DNA of 64,000 nucleotides, from the NCBI GenBank assembly GCA_964234715.1, contig OZ174279.1. One strand, written 5' to 3'. The position numbers and the translations under genes are program-made. The stretch is from Podarcis melisellensis (lineage: Eukaryota). This document shows positions 24,921-38,445 of the stretch, piece by piece; the stretch's first letter is position 1; every line of letters begins with the position of its first letter. The notes beneath the pieces are model-generated. The model saw nothing but the letters and a program-made list of their open reading frames with translations, had not been told where the DNA came from and did not search any database.

Positions 24921-25830
24921 CTACCTTCTTTGACTTCAGCAACTCATTTAAAAGCATTATTGAGTTCATAATAGTTTTTTGTCATTATATGTATTTCCAA
25001 TTAATGGAGCCTAAAATTACAACAGTTAGTATGTTGGGATCTGTAAATTTTTTTGAGATTGAAAAGAGGTCCTTGTGCTCAAAAATTTGGCAACAGCTCT
25101 TTTGGGCCATAGCTGAGCTTTCAAGCCCAAGTGACTACTTTTCACTGGGCAGTTTTGAACTAAGTTTTATTCAAAGTAGACCTATTTAAATTAATGAATT
25201 AAAATTATTATTTATTAAATTTGTATACCACTTTTCATCCTCCGTAGATCTGAGGGCAGTTCACAGCAAAAAAAACAACAACACAAAATATATTATAAAA
25301 ACAGGAACAGGAACAAAAACAAAACAGTACGCCCCGCTCCTACAACCCCTCACTTAGTTTATTCAGAAACAAATGGCTAGCACAGCATTCTTGGTTTGTG
25401 TGGCTCCAGGAGGTGGTATGGTGTTTGTGCAGACAGTCTCCAGTTAACTTGTTTACACAGTTAACTTGTTTGCCTCCTGGTGCTGTAGAGTAGTCTTGTT
25501 CATCTTGTGGAGTAGCAACTAAGAGAAGCAGTGACTACTCGATTGAGATCCGCATCAATCTAGCTTTATGCCACATTCAACCCCCTATTTCATATAAAGT
25601 GCCCATTCACATGTTAATTCCCAGGAAGCAAACTTGTTCTAGTAAGAATCTTGAGTTCTTATGCAAGTCCTTTGGCCTGTCTCAGTATGAACAAAAACTG
25701 ATCTGTGCATAACGTTTAATTGAGCACCGTGGTATCTCATTGATCTACCCAATCCCATTCCTTCTAATCTATTTCTGGAAACAACTGTGTGTGGTGCACT
25801 GTGGTCGCATGAATCCAGTATATCCTACTC

Positions 25831-25968
25831 CAGATGTGGGGAACCGTTGACCTTTCATATGTTGCTGAACTCCAGCTCCCATCAGGCCCAGAAAGCATGG
25901 CCAATGGCTAGAAAGGACAGCAGCTGTAGTTCAGCAACATCTGGAGGATCAAAGTTTCCCCACAGCTG
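25831..25968. mobile_element. hAT-type palindromic MITE
   Basis: CAGATGTGGGGAA...TTCCCCACAGCTG; TSD TCCTACTC/GCCTAGTC (6 of 8 match). Confidence 0.75.
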
Positions 25969-28682
25969 GCCTAGTCCATTCAGAGTTTATACTCTGCATA
26001 CATTTCTCCTTTCCACATGGGAAGAGCTAGAGGATCCTGCATCTCTTCATTTTGAGTCTCATTTGCAGAGCAAACACAGACGATAGTTTGCCACTTCCAG
26101 TGAAATGCTAAGCTAGTTTGCCTGAAATCATCGTGGTAGGAACATATTAGCTGATTCAGGCACATAATGCCAAACCACCATTTAAATACAGTCATTATGA
26201 GCTTCTTGGACTTAGGGGCTAGCAAGTTATTAGATGCTAAGATCCAGGAGATGTCCTGCTTGCCACCATTTTGCAAATGGCTCCAGCCTGAGGGAGGTTG
26301 TCTTTCCACTGAAAGTTCTCTTCATCTGAACCTTCTTAAATGGTTCCTACAGCAGAATACTTAGGAACAGGCCCCTCTAAGGATAAATTATTTAATCACC
26401 CTGCAGTTCCTTTTTCTTTAGATGTGTTTACCGTAAGATGCAGGAATCTCTCCAGCTGAATTAAAATATAAACAGAGAGCGTTCATAGGAATTAGCCTTT
26501 TAGTTTAGTTTAGGTGAAGTCAAAGAAAAGGCAATGAGTCTAGATATTGTTGGGGTACTTGACTGACGCGCTTAGTAAAATAAAAACAAGTTGCAAGGGG
26601 TGCGTGGAAGACCATAAGTTCTTTCATGACCACACAAAGCTCACCTGGCATAGTGGCAGAGAGGCTGAGGTGCTGCTGGTTCATATTCCTCTTTTCCTAT
26701 TGACAAAGGTGGGATCTGCTTTGGGTGAGCAGGCATGGCTCTCAGTCTGCAATATGGGCAGGATACTTGTAAGGATCACTGAGGGGCTGTCTGTAGAGTG
26801 GTAATATTGTTGGTTTGAAAGGCAGACCCAACTTGCAGTTGGAAGAAGATTGTGGTATGCAGCTTGAATGAAAGGAGGACTGGAGTTCCTGGCTAAGTTT
26901 GAGTGTAACATGGTGCACATTGCAAACACCTCCCAAAGAGCAGGAGGCTTAAGTAATCTGGTTCTTGGCTTTGACTCTGTGTGTAATCTTCTACAGCCTG
27001 ACTCCCTCTGCCCCACCCATCCGCAGAGTGGAGGATGGTGGTGGTTTTTTTACGTGCATCCAGGCTGAGCTGAAAATACATCAGCTGTAGATGGATCCAG
27101 ATGAAACAGTTGGCAGACAGGGAAGTTCTGGATGACTGTCTCTTCCCTCTCCCTCTCTGAAATATGAGTAAATGTTGGCAAGCCAACCTGCTTGTAGATT
27201 CTGCTCCTTTTGGGGAGCCTTGTGGTTTGTAGTCCCCCTCCTCCCAATTCCAGCAATGTACATTTTTGGAACACCTTTTTCTTACTGTACGCGGAGGAGC
27301 TGGTAGAGTGAATCAGAGCAAGAAGCTCTGCGCTGTAGATTTGCTTGGGTTGCGCTGCCTCCGTTCAGTATTATTTAGCTTCCCTCTAATTAGCTGGCTT
27401 TAAAAGTCTGCCTCTTTCCAGAATGCATTTTTCACTTGTCCTACTTACTTCCTGATAGGTCTTTCTCCCCTCCCCCTTGCTGGTTTTCCCCCCTTCTTCT
27501 TTTTTGCTGACACTGCAAACAAGCATGAGGTTAGATGCTCAACCGCACACAAACGAATATTGATCTTTTCCCCCCTTCTTTTTCTTTTTTCTTTTTTGTC
27601 TGGAGGTTGGGAGGGTTTCTTCTGCCTTTGCAAGGGAAGGGACTGCCTTTGTGCCTGAGAAGGAGAAGCAGCGTTAAGGAGGTTCTGGGAATGTTCAGTT
27701 GGGTCTTCAGAGGGGATGGCCCTAATCTGCAGAAACAGCAGCCCAAGCTCACTGGAAGCAGGCAAGGATGGCCTAGCCCAGACAAAGGGACTCCTGTGTG
27801 TGTGAGAGTGTGTGTGTGCGCCTGCCTGCCTATCCCTTTGTTCTCTTGTACCATACGCTGACACTGAAAGCTGCTTTCCTATGGGCTTGGGGGTAGGGGG
27901 AGGAGACGGGGCAGGGTGTCTGGATTGCAAGCAAAATAAGATGAAAGCCAGAAGATCTCTGGCTCCATTGTGACCCCAGTGGTGGTGGAAAAACCGCAGG
28001 GATACTTTTGAATCTTCCTTGTCTCTTCCCAATCAGCTTATTAATGCACATTGCTTAAAAGAAATTCCCCTCTATCTGAGGGACCTGAAGTTAATCAGCA
28101 TTCTCCCATGGAAGAAAGGTTTTATCATGGAAAGGCAGGCCTATGTGAAGAGTCTTGTGTTGGTTAGCTAAATCATCATTGGGCTTGTGTTCCCAACAAA
28201 AACACTGTCCAGTTTCTTAGTTGTGTTAATTTGATAATCACCCAGCTCTGGAAATTTAGATGACTGATTTTGTTGTTGTTTACCAGACTTAAGGCCATGT
28301 TCTCCAACAAACAATCCTAGCAGCCCATATGACGGCTACCACATGGCCTTGTATGGTAGATGGCCTTTTTGCAAGGAAATGTTAATTGACAGACTGATGC
28401 TTCTTCTGTGCCCCCTGCTCTCTTACTACTACTTTCTTAAGACACCCTGAATTTCCCACGTATCCAGAAGAAATTACTTTGAAGCTTCAGACTCCTTGGT
28501 GGATAAGTGCACAAGTTTGCATTTGTGCCTTGCTTCCCAAGCTGGACCTAGATGACAATGTCACCTGCATTATACAGAGTTAGTCCTTAGATCCATCTAG
28601 CCTGGTTTCTCCAGGACTGTCTGGCAGCAGCTCTCCAGGGCTTGGGGCAGTATTCTTGGGCACATTTATTCATACCTTATAC

Positions 28683-28820
28683 CAGTGTTTCTCAAACTTG
28701 GGTCTCCAGCTGTTGTTGGGTTACAACTCCCATCCTCCCTGTCCACTGGTTCTGCTATACTTAGGGATGATGGGAGTTGTAGTCTAATAACAGCTGGAGA
28801 CCCAAGTTTGAGAAACACTG
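28683..28820. mobile_element. hAT (Charlie-like) palindromic MITE
   Basis: CAGTGTTTCTCAAACTTGGGTCTCCAGCTGTT ... AACAGCTGGAGACCCAAGTTTGAGAAACACTG near-perfect inverted arms. Confidence 0.9.
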
Positions 28821-28947
28821 CCATACTCAAATTTAATTTAACAGAGAAAGCAAGCTAGTAGATTTTATTACAATATATGAAATCAAATATTTATGTATTT
28901 TGCCTTTAGAATATGTTCCAGCTCTGAATACTCTTACTCATCTAGAG

Positions 28948-29083
28948 CAGTGTTTCCCAACCTTGTGCCTCCAGCTGTTTTTGAACTACAATTCCCATCA
29001 TCCCTTGCCACTGGTCTTGATAGTCAGGGATGATGGGAGTTGTAGTTCAAAAACAGCTGGAGGCACAAGGTTGGGAAACACTG
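28948..29083. mobile_element. hAT (Charlie-like) palindromic MITE, young
   Basis: ~58-bp inverted arms with one mismatch; perfect 8-bp TSD ATCTAGAG at 28940-28947 and 29084-29091. Confidence 0.93.
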
Positions 29084-30736
29084 ATCTAGAGCTCATTCTG
29101 TTTGACAACTGTCCCTTTTGCTTACCAGGCTTGTTAGCTTAATCATCTTCATTATTCAAGCATGTTTAATGCAGGCCACTATCAATTTTATGCTCTTTTG
29201 ATTTTGGCCACAGTTAGATAAGTTTAATAGCATTTCCACGTCAAGCTGCCCAAGACTCTGCTCCAAATAGTGCTTTGTGAGGTTGACCGCCTAAAAAGCA
29301 GCATAAAGGTACTTAAAATAAATACCCAAGAAGTGGTAGCAGAGGATCCATGTGAAAAATAAATAATTATTTGGACAGTCTGTCGAATCCTTTTTGAGAC
29401 CACACGGCCATCAGCACAATTTAGGAGGCTATATTTTATATCCTAAGAGTGCTGAGAACCTCAAGGCAGTTAATAGTTTACCCCACAAAAGTGAGTAGTT
29501 CAGTTCACTAAATTCACTTCAGTGAATAGTTCACAAAAGGAAGCTTGCAATTGGCTAGATCTGGTGTATCTATTTTTGTCAGGGGAATCTCAAAGGCATA
29601 ATCTGACCAGGTGACAGTCTGTCCCATATTCTTGGAAGACCCTTACAGAAATGTTTACAGGATATATTCATGGATATGGTGTCTGATAAGAGTGTCTGTT
29701 CAGCTGGTAGCACGTTTCACATGATCAAAGAACTAATAATAATGATAAAGGTCTGCCCTTGAACCTTGGTTCATGTGGATCGCCTAATGCTGAACTGGCA
29801 GCCCCAGTTAATTGGTGGCTAGGGAGTCAGTTCTCTAACATATGAGCCACAAGTGAATTTGAACTACCACCAATTATGTGGTAGAAATTTGCTTCCCCTG
29901 CTTTAGTTTGTAACATGTCCATAAGATGATCTCTTGAGTAATGCATGTGTGAAAATGTATTGCATACTGTACTGTCTGGTTGCCTTGCACAGTAACGGTT
30001 ATAGGAGACGGTTTGTATTAGTGCCAAAGGAGTTGGTGGGACATTTGGGTGAGATAGGCAATCTTCATTCCCTTTGCGTCTGTAGAATCAGTGCTGATTC
30101 TCATTGGAAATGAGAGTCCATGATGGATGAAGGAGATAAGGCTGCAACTGAATAGCTCTAGTTTATGTTAAAATTAATTTTTGAAATAATTAGTAGAACC
30201 ACTAACATTACACTGTGGCTGCCAACATAATTGTTAGTAGATTGCATGACTTTTGAATTTGAAGAACTTCACATGTGAGGTGGGGGTGACCTTACAGACA
30301 AATATTCGTACATTCCAGGATATCCACAGCCACAATTCCCAATGTCTTGCCTCTGGGCTGTTTCCCTTCTTAATATCCCATTCTATGCATTAACTCAATG
30401 GTTCTTTCTCTGTCCAGTTCTCTTTCACCCTCGTCCATCTTCAGTTCCCTGCCTGGTTTGATATGGAATAGTTATAACCTCATGGAGAAGGTATTAGGCA
30501 TAGAAAAATTCCTGGGGGTGGGAGTTTGCATGTGTGTTGCCAATGGCAGTAGCTCACAAGGCATCGTGCTCTTTTTTAATCCTTTGCTTCACAATCACAG
30601 GGACTGATAGTAATAATAGGAGCCAGCAAAAATGGGGGACGTTTTGTTGGGGTGCTTGCTGTATAATAATGCCAGCTGCTTTCCTAATTCTCTAATTAGA
30701 AGCAACCTGACTTTGCCATTCCCAAGATAGGAAGGG

Positions 30737-30767
<31 letters not shown>

Positions 30768-30791
30768 TGCGCGCGCACATGCGTGTATGTG
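30737..30791. repeat. (GT)n plus (GC)-mixed alternating purine-pyrimidine tract
   Basis: 55 bp of uninterrupted purine/pyrimidine alternation. Confidence 0.9.
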
Positions 30792-32692
30792 GTAGTTAAG
30801 AAATAGCCTGTGTTGAAACCAAAAACCCCTTTCCTACAGCTATAAGCGCTGGGAAATGCAGGAAGTTAAAAGGCCAAGAAACTGGAGGCATAGAAATAGC
30901 CCAGCATGGAGCAGCAGCTGGCTGGCTGACATGGGGGCCATGTGACAGAAGGGGAGGAGTGCTGGGTGGGGTGGAGGAGAGAGAAGAAGCCGTTTTGTCA
31001 TAAGCAAACTAGTGGCATTCGAGAAATCTGGGAATAAAGCAAGTCCAGAGGAAACCTTGCAGCTGACTGGAATTGCCTGTGTAGCTGCAAAAGGAAACAT
31101 GAGTATGGCGCAGTTAGCCATCGTGGCACAGGATTTCTGTGTGTGTGTGTTTGTGCTCACATAGGCAGACAGACTTCAAACACAGCATGGTAAAGGTGCA
31201 GTTAGGCACCTTGAGATGACTCTTTGGGTTCAGTGCAGTTGTGATGCTGAAACAAAGCGAAATTCAGCTTAATGCGAATCCTTACAAAGATGCCACGCAT
31301 GTTACTCTGAACTCTTTGTAAGACAAGGCACGGTACAAGTGTAATAAAACAAAAGGCAGCGTTGGGAAGTGACTCAGCAGACTAGAACTCGAGAAACTGA
31401 TCTTAAGACTCCACAAAGATCAAAAACTGGGTGGAAATTGCTTCTGGGTGTTGAGATCAATGGTGTCAAAGTTGGTAATAAATCAAAGTAGATTGCATTC
31501 TCGACTGTGATTGGTTTTCAGTGTTAAGGAGGAAAATAGTGTAATTAATATTTTGTTTTTCTCATATCACGTAACCCATCACAGCAGTTGCACAAGCTTT
31601 GTACAATTCATAAAGTTTTCTAGATCATCACCACTATAGAATTCTACATGCTGCAGATGGTTCTGATATGGCCACTACCTTTAACATGGTCTCTCTTGCA
31701 CCATGCAACAGTGGCTGCACTGAGAGGCATGAGAGTTGTAAATTTTCAGCAGACAAAATCCCTGAAAAGGGATCTGTGGTATAGTTAAGATAACTTATTC
31801 CTTGCTTGCTTGCTCACTCTTTTAAAAAGTGTGAGGTAAAGCATGCCAATGAATTGGTGTAACAAGGGCACAATCTAAACTGGAAATAAAATGCTTAGTT
31901 TTGCGTGATGAGCAGCACAAACCTCTGCATGTTTACTCAGTTCCACTGTTTCAATGGGACTTACTTTCTAATAAGTGTAATTAAGATTGCATCTGTGTGA
32001 TAACAACAAAAAACTGAGGCTGCAATCCCATACATACTGGGGCACAGTGAGACTTTGCTTCTGAGTAAACCTGTTTAAGATCGAGTTTGGAAATGAGTTT
32101 GCTATTCCTTTGCCTTATCACAAAGGTTTTAGCCAAGTTAAGCTAACCTTGTTGGTTAGCAACAAACATGGAGTTGGGTGATGGTTCACAGATCTGGCAG
32201 TAGTCAATCCTGTGGTAAAATGTGTATGAGAGCACCCCGAGTTCAAAGTACAGCATCCAGCCATTTGACAATACTGAGTGTATTCTGTCTATAGAAAGTA
32301 GGCTATTTTCCCCTTGCCAACTCACAAAGGTCAAACAAGTTAGGCTTTCCCCCTTTGAGTCCCCTGTTAGCAATGCAAGCCACTGTTCATGGGAGGTGCC
32401 CCAGGCTTGGCTGAGGAAAGCCCACCCACCCCAAGCTCAAGTTATGGCAAGTAATGCTTTGTGACATCATAATGAAGCTGTGACTTCCAGAGGAAGAGGG
32501 CACCCCCCCTCTCAATTAGAGCCCCTATAAGTGTAGCAACACAGAAGAAGAAAATACTGCACAATAGAAGCCTCCGTTCCATATATGCCATATATGCACA
32601 GCAGCTACTGAGCTCTGGTGGAGTAACCCTTCTTAGTGCTTGGAATGAGTCCTTTCCAATTTGCTGAATTATCTTGGTTCTAGAACCACACT

Positions 32693-33079
32693 TAGTGTTA
32701 GAAACTGAGATATGCAAGCTAGGAGCTAAATGGCACCTTAATCCTAGGTTTTGGGCGCAACAACGGAATATCTAGGCGTGCTTTTTTAATAACAAGAATA
32801 AAAAGCTGAAAATGAATGAACTGTAGCTAAAATATGTTCATTTTTCACACGGTCTAGTCCTTCCTCTGCGCACCCCTCTAATATACGTAACAGGGTCTCT
32901 TCTCCAATCTTCAGAGAGTACCTGAAAGTGGGGAGGCAGAAGAAGGTCCTCCTTTCACTCTTGCAGTTTTAATCTGAAATTTTAGGTACAGTACTGCACC
33001 CAGAGCTCAGAAACTGCTCGCATTAATGAAATTTGCTGTCGCAAAATGCTCCTTGAACAATGGGAGTTCTGAACACTTG
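32693..33079 (-). mobile_element. Non-autonomous hAT element (~387 bp)
   Basis: Termini TAGTGTTAGAAACT / AGTTCTGAACACTTG; perfect 8-bp TSD ACCACACT; reverse complement of 38057-38445. Strand is relative to that copy. Confidence 0.88.
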
Positions 33080-33431
33080 ACCACACTTTCCCTTTGTTCA
33101 GACTGTGGACTGAGTTTACACTGCATTTTTATCCACATAAAATGTACTCCATTTTAATAACCTCGTTTTGGAGAAGTTGCATGGTATTTTCAGTTCAGGG
33201 AAGCATTGGTACTTGGAGCAAGGAGTTGTTTGAGTTTATACAAGAAGGTTTCTGGTAAGAATCCACACCATGTACATACCCTTCTAGACCTGTCAGCTAA
33301 AATTATATGGACAATTGGCTGTGTATTCCAATTGCTAACCATGTTGGGTGTGGTTAGACTATGGCCGAATCAGATAGTTGTATGCTTCAGCCTCCTGACT
33401 TCTATAAAACAAGAAGCAGTATCCCTTAAAG

Positions 33432-33611
33432 CAAGGGCGGGGAACCTGTTTTGAGAGGGTTGCATTCCCTCTGTCTTCCTTCCAGAGACCACATGTCATT
33501 GATGGGTGGGGACAGAGGTAGAAGTGGACAGAGCAATGAATGCAACGCTTGCTTTTGTACGGTAAGCTCCAATCCACATCCAGCTTCTGGCCCTGAGGTT
33601 CCCCACACTTG
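33432..33611. mobile_element. Non-autonomous hAT-type element
   Basis: CAAGGGCGGGGAACCT ... AGGTTCCCCACACTTG termini; a related decayed copy lies near 16450-16592 in opposite orientation. Confidence 0.6.
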
Positions 33612-33699
33612 GCATTACAAGGTGGCTGGGAGCAAAAAATAAATCAAGAATGTTAAAACCCTGTGTTGTTTCCAGTACTGTACAAATTGCACTATAGTA

Positions 33700-34049
33700 A
33701 AGGTAAAGGGACCCCTGACCATTAGGTCCAGTCGTGACCGACTCTGGGGTTGCAGCGCTCATCTCGCTTTATTGGCCGAGGGAGCTGGCGTACAGCTTCC
33801 GGGTCATGTGGCCAGCATGACTAAGCCGCTTCTGGCGAACCAGAGCAGCACGCAGAAACGCCGTTTACCTTCCCGCTGGAGCGGTACCTATTTATCTACT
33901 TGCACTTTGATGTGCTTTTGAACTGCTAGGTTGGCAGGAGCTGGGACTGAGCAACGGGAGCTCACCCCATCATGGGGATTCGAACCGCCGACCTTCTGTT
34001 CGGCAAGTCCAAGGCTCTGTGGTTTAACCCACAGTGCCACCTGCGTCCC
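33700..34049 (-). mobile_element. Sauria SINE, full length
   Basis: tRNA-like head on the minus strand (GGGACGCAGGTGGCACTGTGGGTTAAACC...GGTTCGAATCCC), ACCTTT-type tail, perfect 12-bp TSD TGCACTATAGTA (33688-33699, 34050-34061). Confidence 0.93.
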
Positions 34050-34514
34050 TGCACTATAGTAGCTATGCTTTAAACTGAGTTTAGAATAGTCTTCCTCTGA
34101 AAGTGGAATGGCTTCCAGGTTCTGCTGTTAACATTTTCTCTGCTGGAACAGGTAAAGGGTTTGCTTGTGTCAACAGAAATGCTGAGAATTCATCCTGGCT
34201 CCTACTGAAAAGCCTGATCTCTGTAAGGCCTACTCTACTTACTGTAGAGGCCGTGCTACCTACTGAAGGTCTAAGATTGTCTACTTACTAGACAATGGTT
34301 AGTAATGGTTTGTTCTTCTTGTGCTGTATATGATTATAACAAGAAATAGGCAGTTGTGCATAGTTATTTGCTGCAAGTAGACTGTGTCCTTTGGTGCATC
34401 TTAAGCGTTGCCTACTTTTCCAGAACCCACTCCCCAAAGTTGTGTGGTGGTGCTGTAGCTATACTGCTCAGCTTGCCTCTAATGTTTAGAAGTCCTACTT
34501 TCTGCCTTTATATA

Positions 34515-34670
34515 CAATATTAGAAGACTTCTGAAGGCAGCCCTGTTTCGGGGTTTTTTTAATTTTTGATGGTTCTTTATGTTTTACTGTATGCTGTAAG
34601 CTGCCCAGAGGGGCTGGGGAAACCCAGCCAGATGGGTGGGGTATAAATAATAAAATTGTTGTTGTTGTTA
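34515..34670 (+). mobile_element. LINE (L2-like) 3' end
   Basis: AGAAGACTTCTGAAGGCAGCCCTGTTT...TGTAAGCTGCCCAGAG...GGGGTATAAATAATAAA plus (TTG)n tail. Confidence 0.65.
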
Positions 34671-34944
34671 TTTCCCCTTCCAAACTCTTAATAAGGAGAG
34701 CACACTCCTGATTAAGTTTATTTTCTCCCTCAGTTAGCAGGTATCTAGGCTGAACATTTGACCCTCCTGTGCACAATATGCTTAGCAAAACTTCCCTTTG
34801 TACTTTCAACCTGTGGATTTTTGACCCTCCTATGCAGGAGAGCCTTTAAAGCAAACACAACCATTTTACAAACAACAACTAAACATATCATGGTTGAAAA
34901 TCCTATTCCTATATTGTGGTTTCCCTGAATTAAAGCATCCATAT

Positions 34945-35064
34945 CAGGCGTAGGCAAACTCGGCCCTCCAGACATTTTTGAGACCATCATCCCTGACCAC
35001 TGGTCCTGTTAGCTTGGGAGTTGTAGTCCCAAAACATCTGGAGGGCCGAGTTTGCCTATGCCTG
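34945..35064. mobile_element. hAT palindromic MITE
   Basis: CAGGCGTAGGCAAACTCGGCCCTCCAGA / TCTGGAGGGCCGAGTTTGCCTATGCCTG; perfect 8-bp TSD ATCCATAT. Confidence 0.92.
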
Positions 35065-38056
35065 ATCCATATAGTTGCTGCTGTGATGGGCAGGTGTGCA
35101 TGGTGGAGCAAACACCCTCTGCAACTATCATGTTCAGCCCGCTGCAGTTGTGCTGTGTGGAAAGTAGCGCACAAATATAATGAGTGTTATTTGGACAGTC
35201 TGTGTGACAGCACTAAGTGTTGCACCGCTCTTACTTTCTTAAAATGTAATAATTTTTATCGCCTTATGAGATTCTTGTGTTGCATGCTGGAGGGAGTGCA
35301 AATGCTCATATAGTCATGAATTGGCAAATTGACTTTTAACTTGGCAAACATATGCAATTCTGTACCCTTGTTCTGCCGTTTGGTACATCTCCTGCTTTCA
35401 AAGATATTAGGCAGTTTAGTGAGTGTTAGTGTTTTTAAATGCTGTGAGTAGCATCCTCTACTCTTCCTGCATTCACTAGTAGTCAAAAAGGGCAAAGCAT
35501 TGGAAGATTGTAGTGCAATTTGAAGTAGCTTATCTGGCATGATTTCAGGGAAGAGTAAAACCTGCAGGTGGAATTCCAATTTTGGTTCTCTACCCTACCC
35601 ACTAGCCTTTAGCAATGGATTTCCATGGACATATACTTGCCTTCTTGAATTTTGATGGGTTGTGCTGGAGTTCTGCTGTTCCTTCAATGTTGTCAGCTGC
35701 TTGTTTCATCTAAGGGCCACAACTGCAAGTGTGCATTCTGTCTTGAGATAGGACATGTGGTTTGGTACAAAACTGTTCAAAATGCCATGCAGAGAGGTTG
35801 AAATGTTTTTGCAAGAATGCAGAGTGTTGGCTTACGGGTGAAGTATTGTGAGAGTGCACAACACTTGCATGAATGGTGAGCAAAGTTAACTAAAGGATCT
35901 GATGTTGGCAAGTGATGTGAAAGGGTCAGTGCCTGAGAGAGCTGTTGCCGGTCAGAGTAGACAGCACTGGCCTATACAGATAAAATAGACTTTACATGTC
36001 CATTATTGGAGAGTGCAGAGTCATGGGGCTAGAAGGCAGACCAAGCTTGTGTTGTAGAACTGCTGCTGTAGATAGGACTACCTCTGCCTTCTCCTCAGCA
36101 AGGCCTTAATCTGCTGTGGTGGGCAAGCATGCGTGCCACAAGGAGTTGTCTACAGAGCAAATAGCCAGATGGTTAAAACAAGCCAAGCCACATAATTGGG
36201 TAAAGCCATCTCACTCTCAGAAAAACAAAAACAAAAACCTGCCTATGGGTCATTATCCAGAGAGGGGGCGCACCAACCTGTCCACAAATCTGGAAGCCAT
36301 TCAGAACCAGAGTGTAAATGTCTTATCTGCTCAGTTCGCCAAAATTCACATGCTGCCTTCTAAAGAAATAAAAGAAAATGCCATCTGTTTACTTGACTTA
36401 GAAAACATGTTAAGCATGATGATTCTGGTCTATCCAGTTCACTTTACTCAGGCAGTATGAAGGCCCCAATGTTGTTTTGTGCTGCTTTTCATTTCCCCTG
36501 GCTTGTACTGACAGGCCCAGAAAGGAGTTCTCCCCACTCTGGAGAAACTTGGTCTGTTCTCTGCCCTCAGGAAGGGGCCCAGAGAGCTGGCGAAGCAAGA
36601 GGTGCTTTCCTCCTCAGGGTTCTCTCCACTTCTGCCAATCCCTGTAGATGAGCAGCCCTCCTCAGTGCTTCGATCAGTATTGTAAAACCTTAGTTGCGTG
36701 CTTGTTTAGAAATATATAGATCTCTATCATTTTGCTTTTTAAAATCAACAGCACAAAAACCCGTGCTGCAAGCTGCAGCCAGCTGCTGGTTGGCAGCTTT
36801 GCTGGAACATCTGGTGTTCCTGGGCTGTTCTAACGATAGGATTCATAAAAGATTATAATTCAGGCCTTTAGAATTCTGAACAACCACCCCCTCAAAAAAG
36901 TAAAATCCAAGCTGATTTTTTTTATGGCGTTTTTTTAAAAAAGGAGACAGCTGGAGGGTGTGTTAGCAAAATAGTCAGGATGCTTCAGCAACTTTGTAAT
37001 TAGCACTGCTACAGGGAGGTTGAATGGAAAATCTGTCCTGATGTGGAAATCTCCCTTCTAAAAATTGCTGTGGGCCCTGCCTGTGGGCTGCTCTATCAGA
37101 GGTCCAGCCCAAAAAATTAAGTGTTCTTGTTTCTGATTTATGGAGGGGAGCAGGCATGTCTTTTAACATAGCATTGGGAGGCAAAGATCAAAGGTTCCCA
37201 GGCTACTTCATGGAGGAGTTTTAATGCATACTTTATGCAGCAAATCTTTTAATAAAATTATATAGGAGGGCTTCCTTTATATGTGAGGGGGCACACAAAC
37301 ACTCCCGTTGTGTGGTAGTTGCAGTGTCATGCATGCTAATTGAAACATGACATTCCCAACAAAACAAAACAAAAAGCACACTGCCCTGGTATATCTTGCT
37401 TGGTCCTTGCCCAATCCATAGACTCAAAAAAAGATGCCTAGATATCTGGATTCTCCTGCAGCAATTGCTTTATAAATGCAGGGCAGTAACCAGGGTGTGT
37501 TTTTTAATGAAAAGAATGAATAGATAGAAGCTCGAAGATGTGGACACGAGCACCATTTCTGCACATAGGTTCCTATGTTTAATGCCAGTTTTACACCCTA
37601 GGTGGAAAAAATATTTCTAAAAAGCATTCATCCAAGGAGCTAGCATTCAGGTTTTAAGAGGCAGTGTTTAAAATTCCTTGGTACTAACTGCATATTTTGA
37701 AGCTGCCTAGGTAGTCAGGTGCCTGGGATTTTTCCAGCCATGCCTATATTCAACACAAATTCCCAAATAAGTTTTCAGGTCAGATGACAGATCAAATGCA
37801 TGTTGCAAGTGCCTCAAAGGTAGTACAAGCCTGTAGGGTTTTTACTATTTAAAACTCAGTCCACAAAGCCCCACCCTCCCCCACTCCGGACATAACAAAT
37901 GGAATCTCTTGGTTACAGAAAGTGTTGACTGGCTGGGCATTGACACATTGATGCTTAGGGCTACAAATCCACTGCTGAGTGCTTTCTGGATATGTAGCTT
38001 CTGACTTGGCTGAAATGTGAGGCCTGGTAATTGGTGGGGCTGGGGTGACATCTAAT

Positions 38057-38445
38057 CAGTGTTCGAAACTCCCATTGTTCTAGGCACATTATGCGACCGG
38101 GAATTGCATTAGCGCGAGCAGTTTCTGAGCTCTATGTATAGTACTGCGCCTAAGATTTCAGATTAAAACTGCAGAGTGGAAGGAAAGGAGGACCTTTTTC
38201 TGCCTCCCCACTTTAAGCTATTGAAGACTGGAGAAGAGACCTTCTTAAGAATATTAGGGGGGTGGGCAGTGGATGGACTAGACCATGTGAAAAATGAACA
38301 TAATATTTTAGCAGCAGCTCATTCACTTTCAGCTTTTCATTCTTGTTATAAAGAAAGTGTTCCTGGACATCCCGTTGTTGCGCCCATAACTTCGGCTTAA
38401 GGTGCCATTTAGCTCCTAGCTTGCATATCTCAGTTTCTAACACCG
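38057..38445 (+). mobile_element. Non-autonomous hAT element (~389 bp)
   Basis: CAGTGTTCGAAACT ... AGTTTCTAACACCG; perfect 8-bp TSD CATCTAAT. Confidence 0.9.

Noticed and set aside
27445-28032. 195-aa minus-strand ORF
   Set aside because: Non-ATG start, low-complexity and microsatellite-derived segments, no domain.
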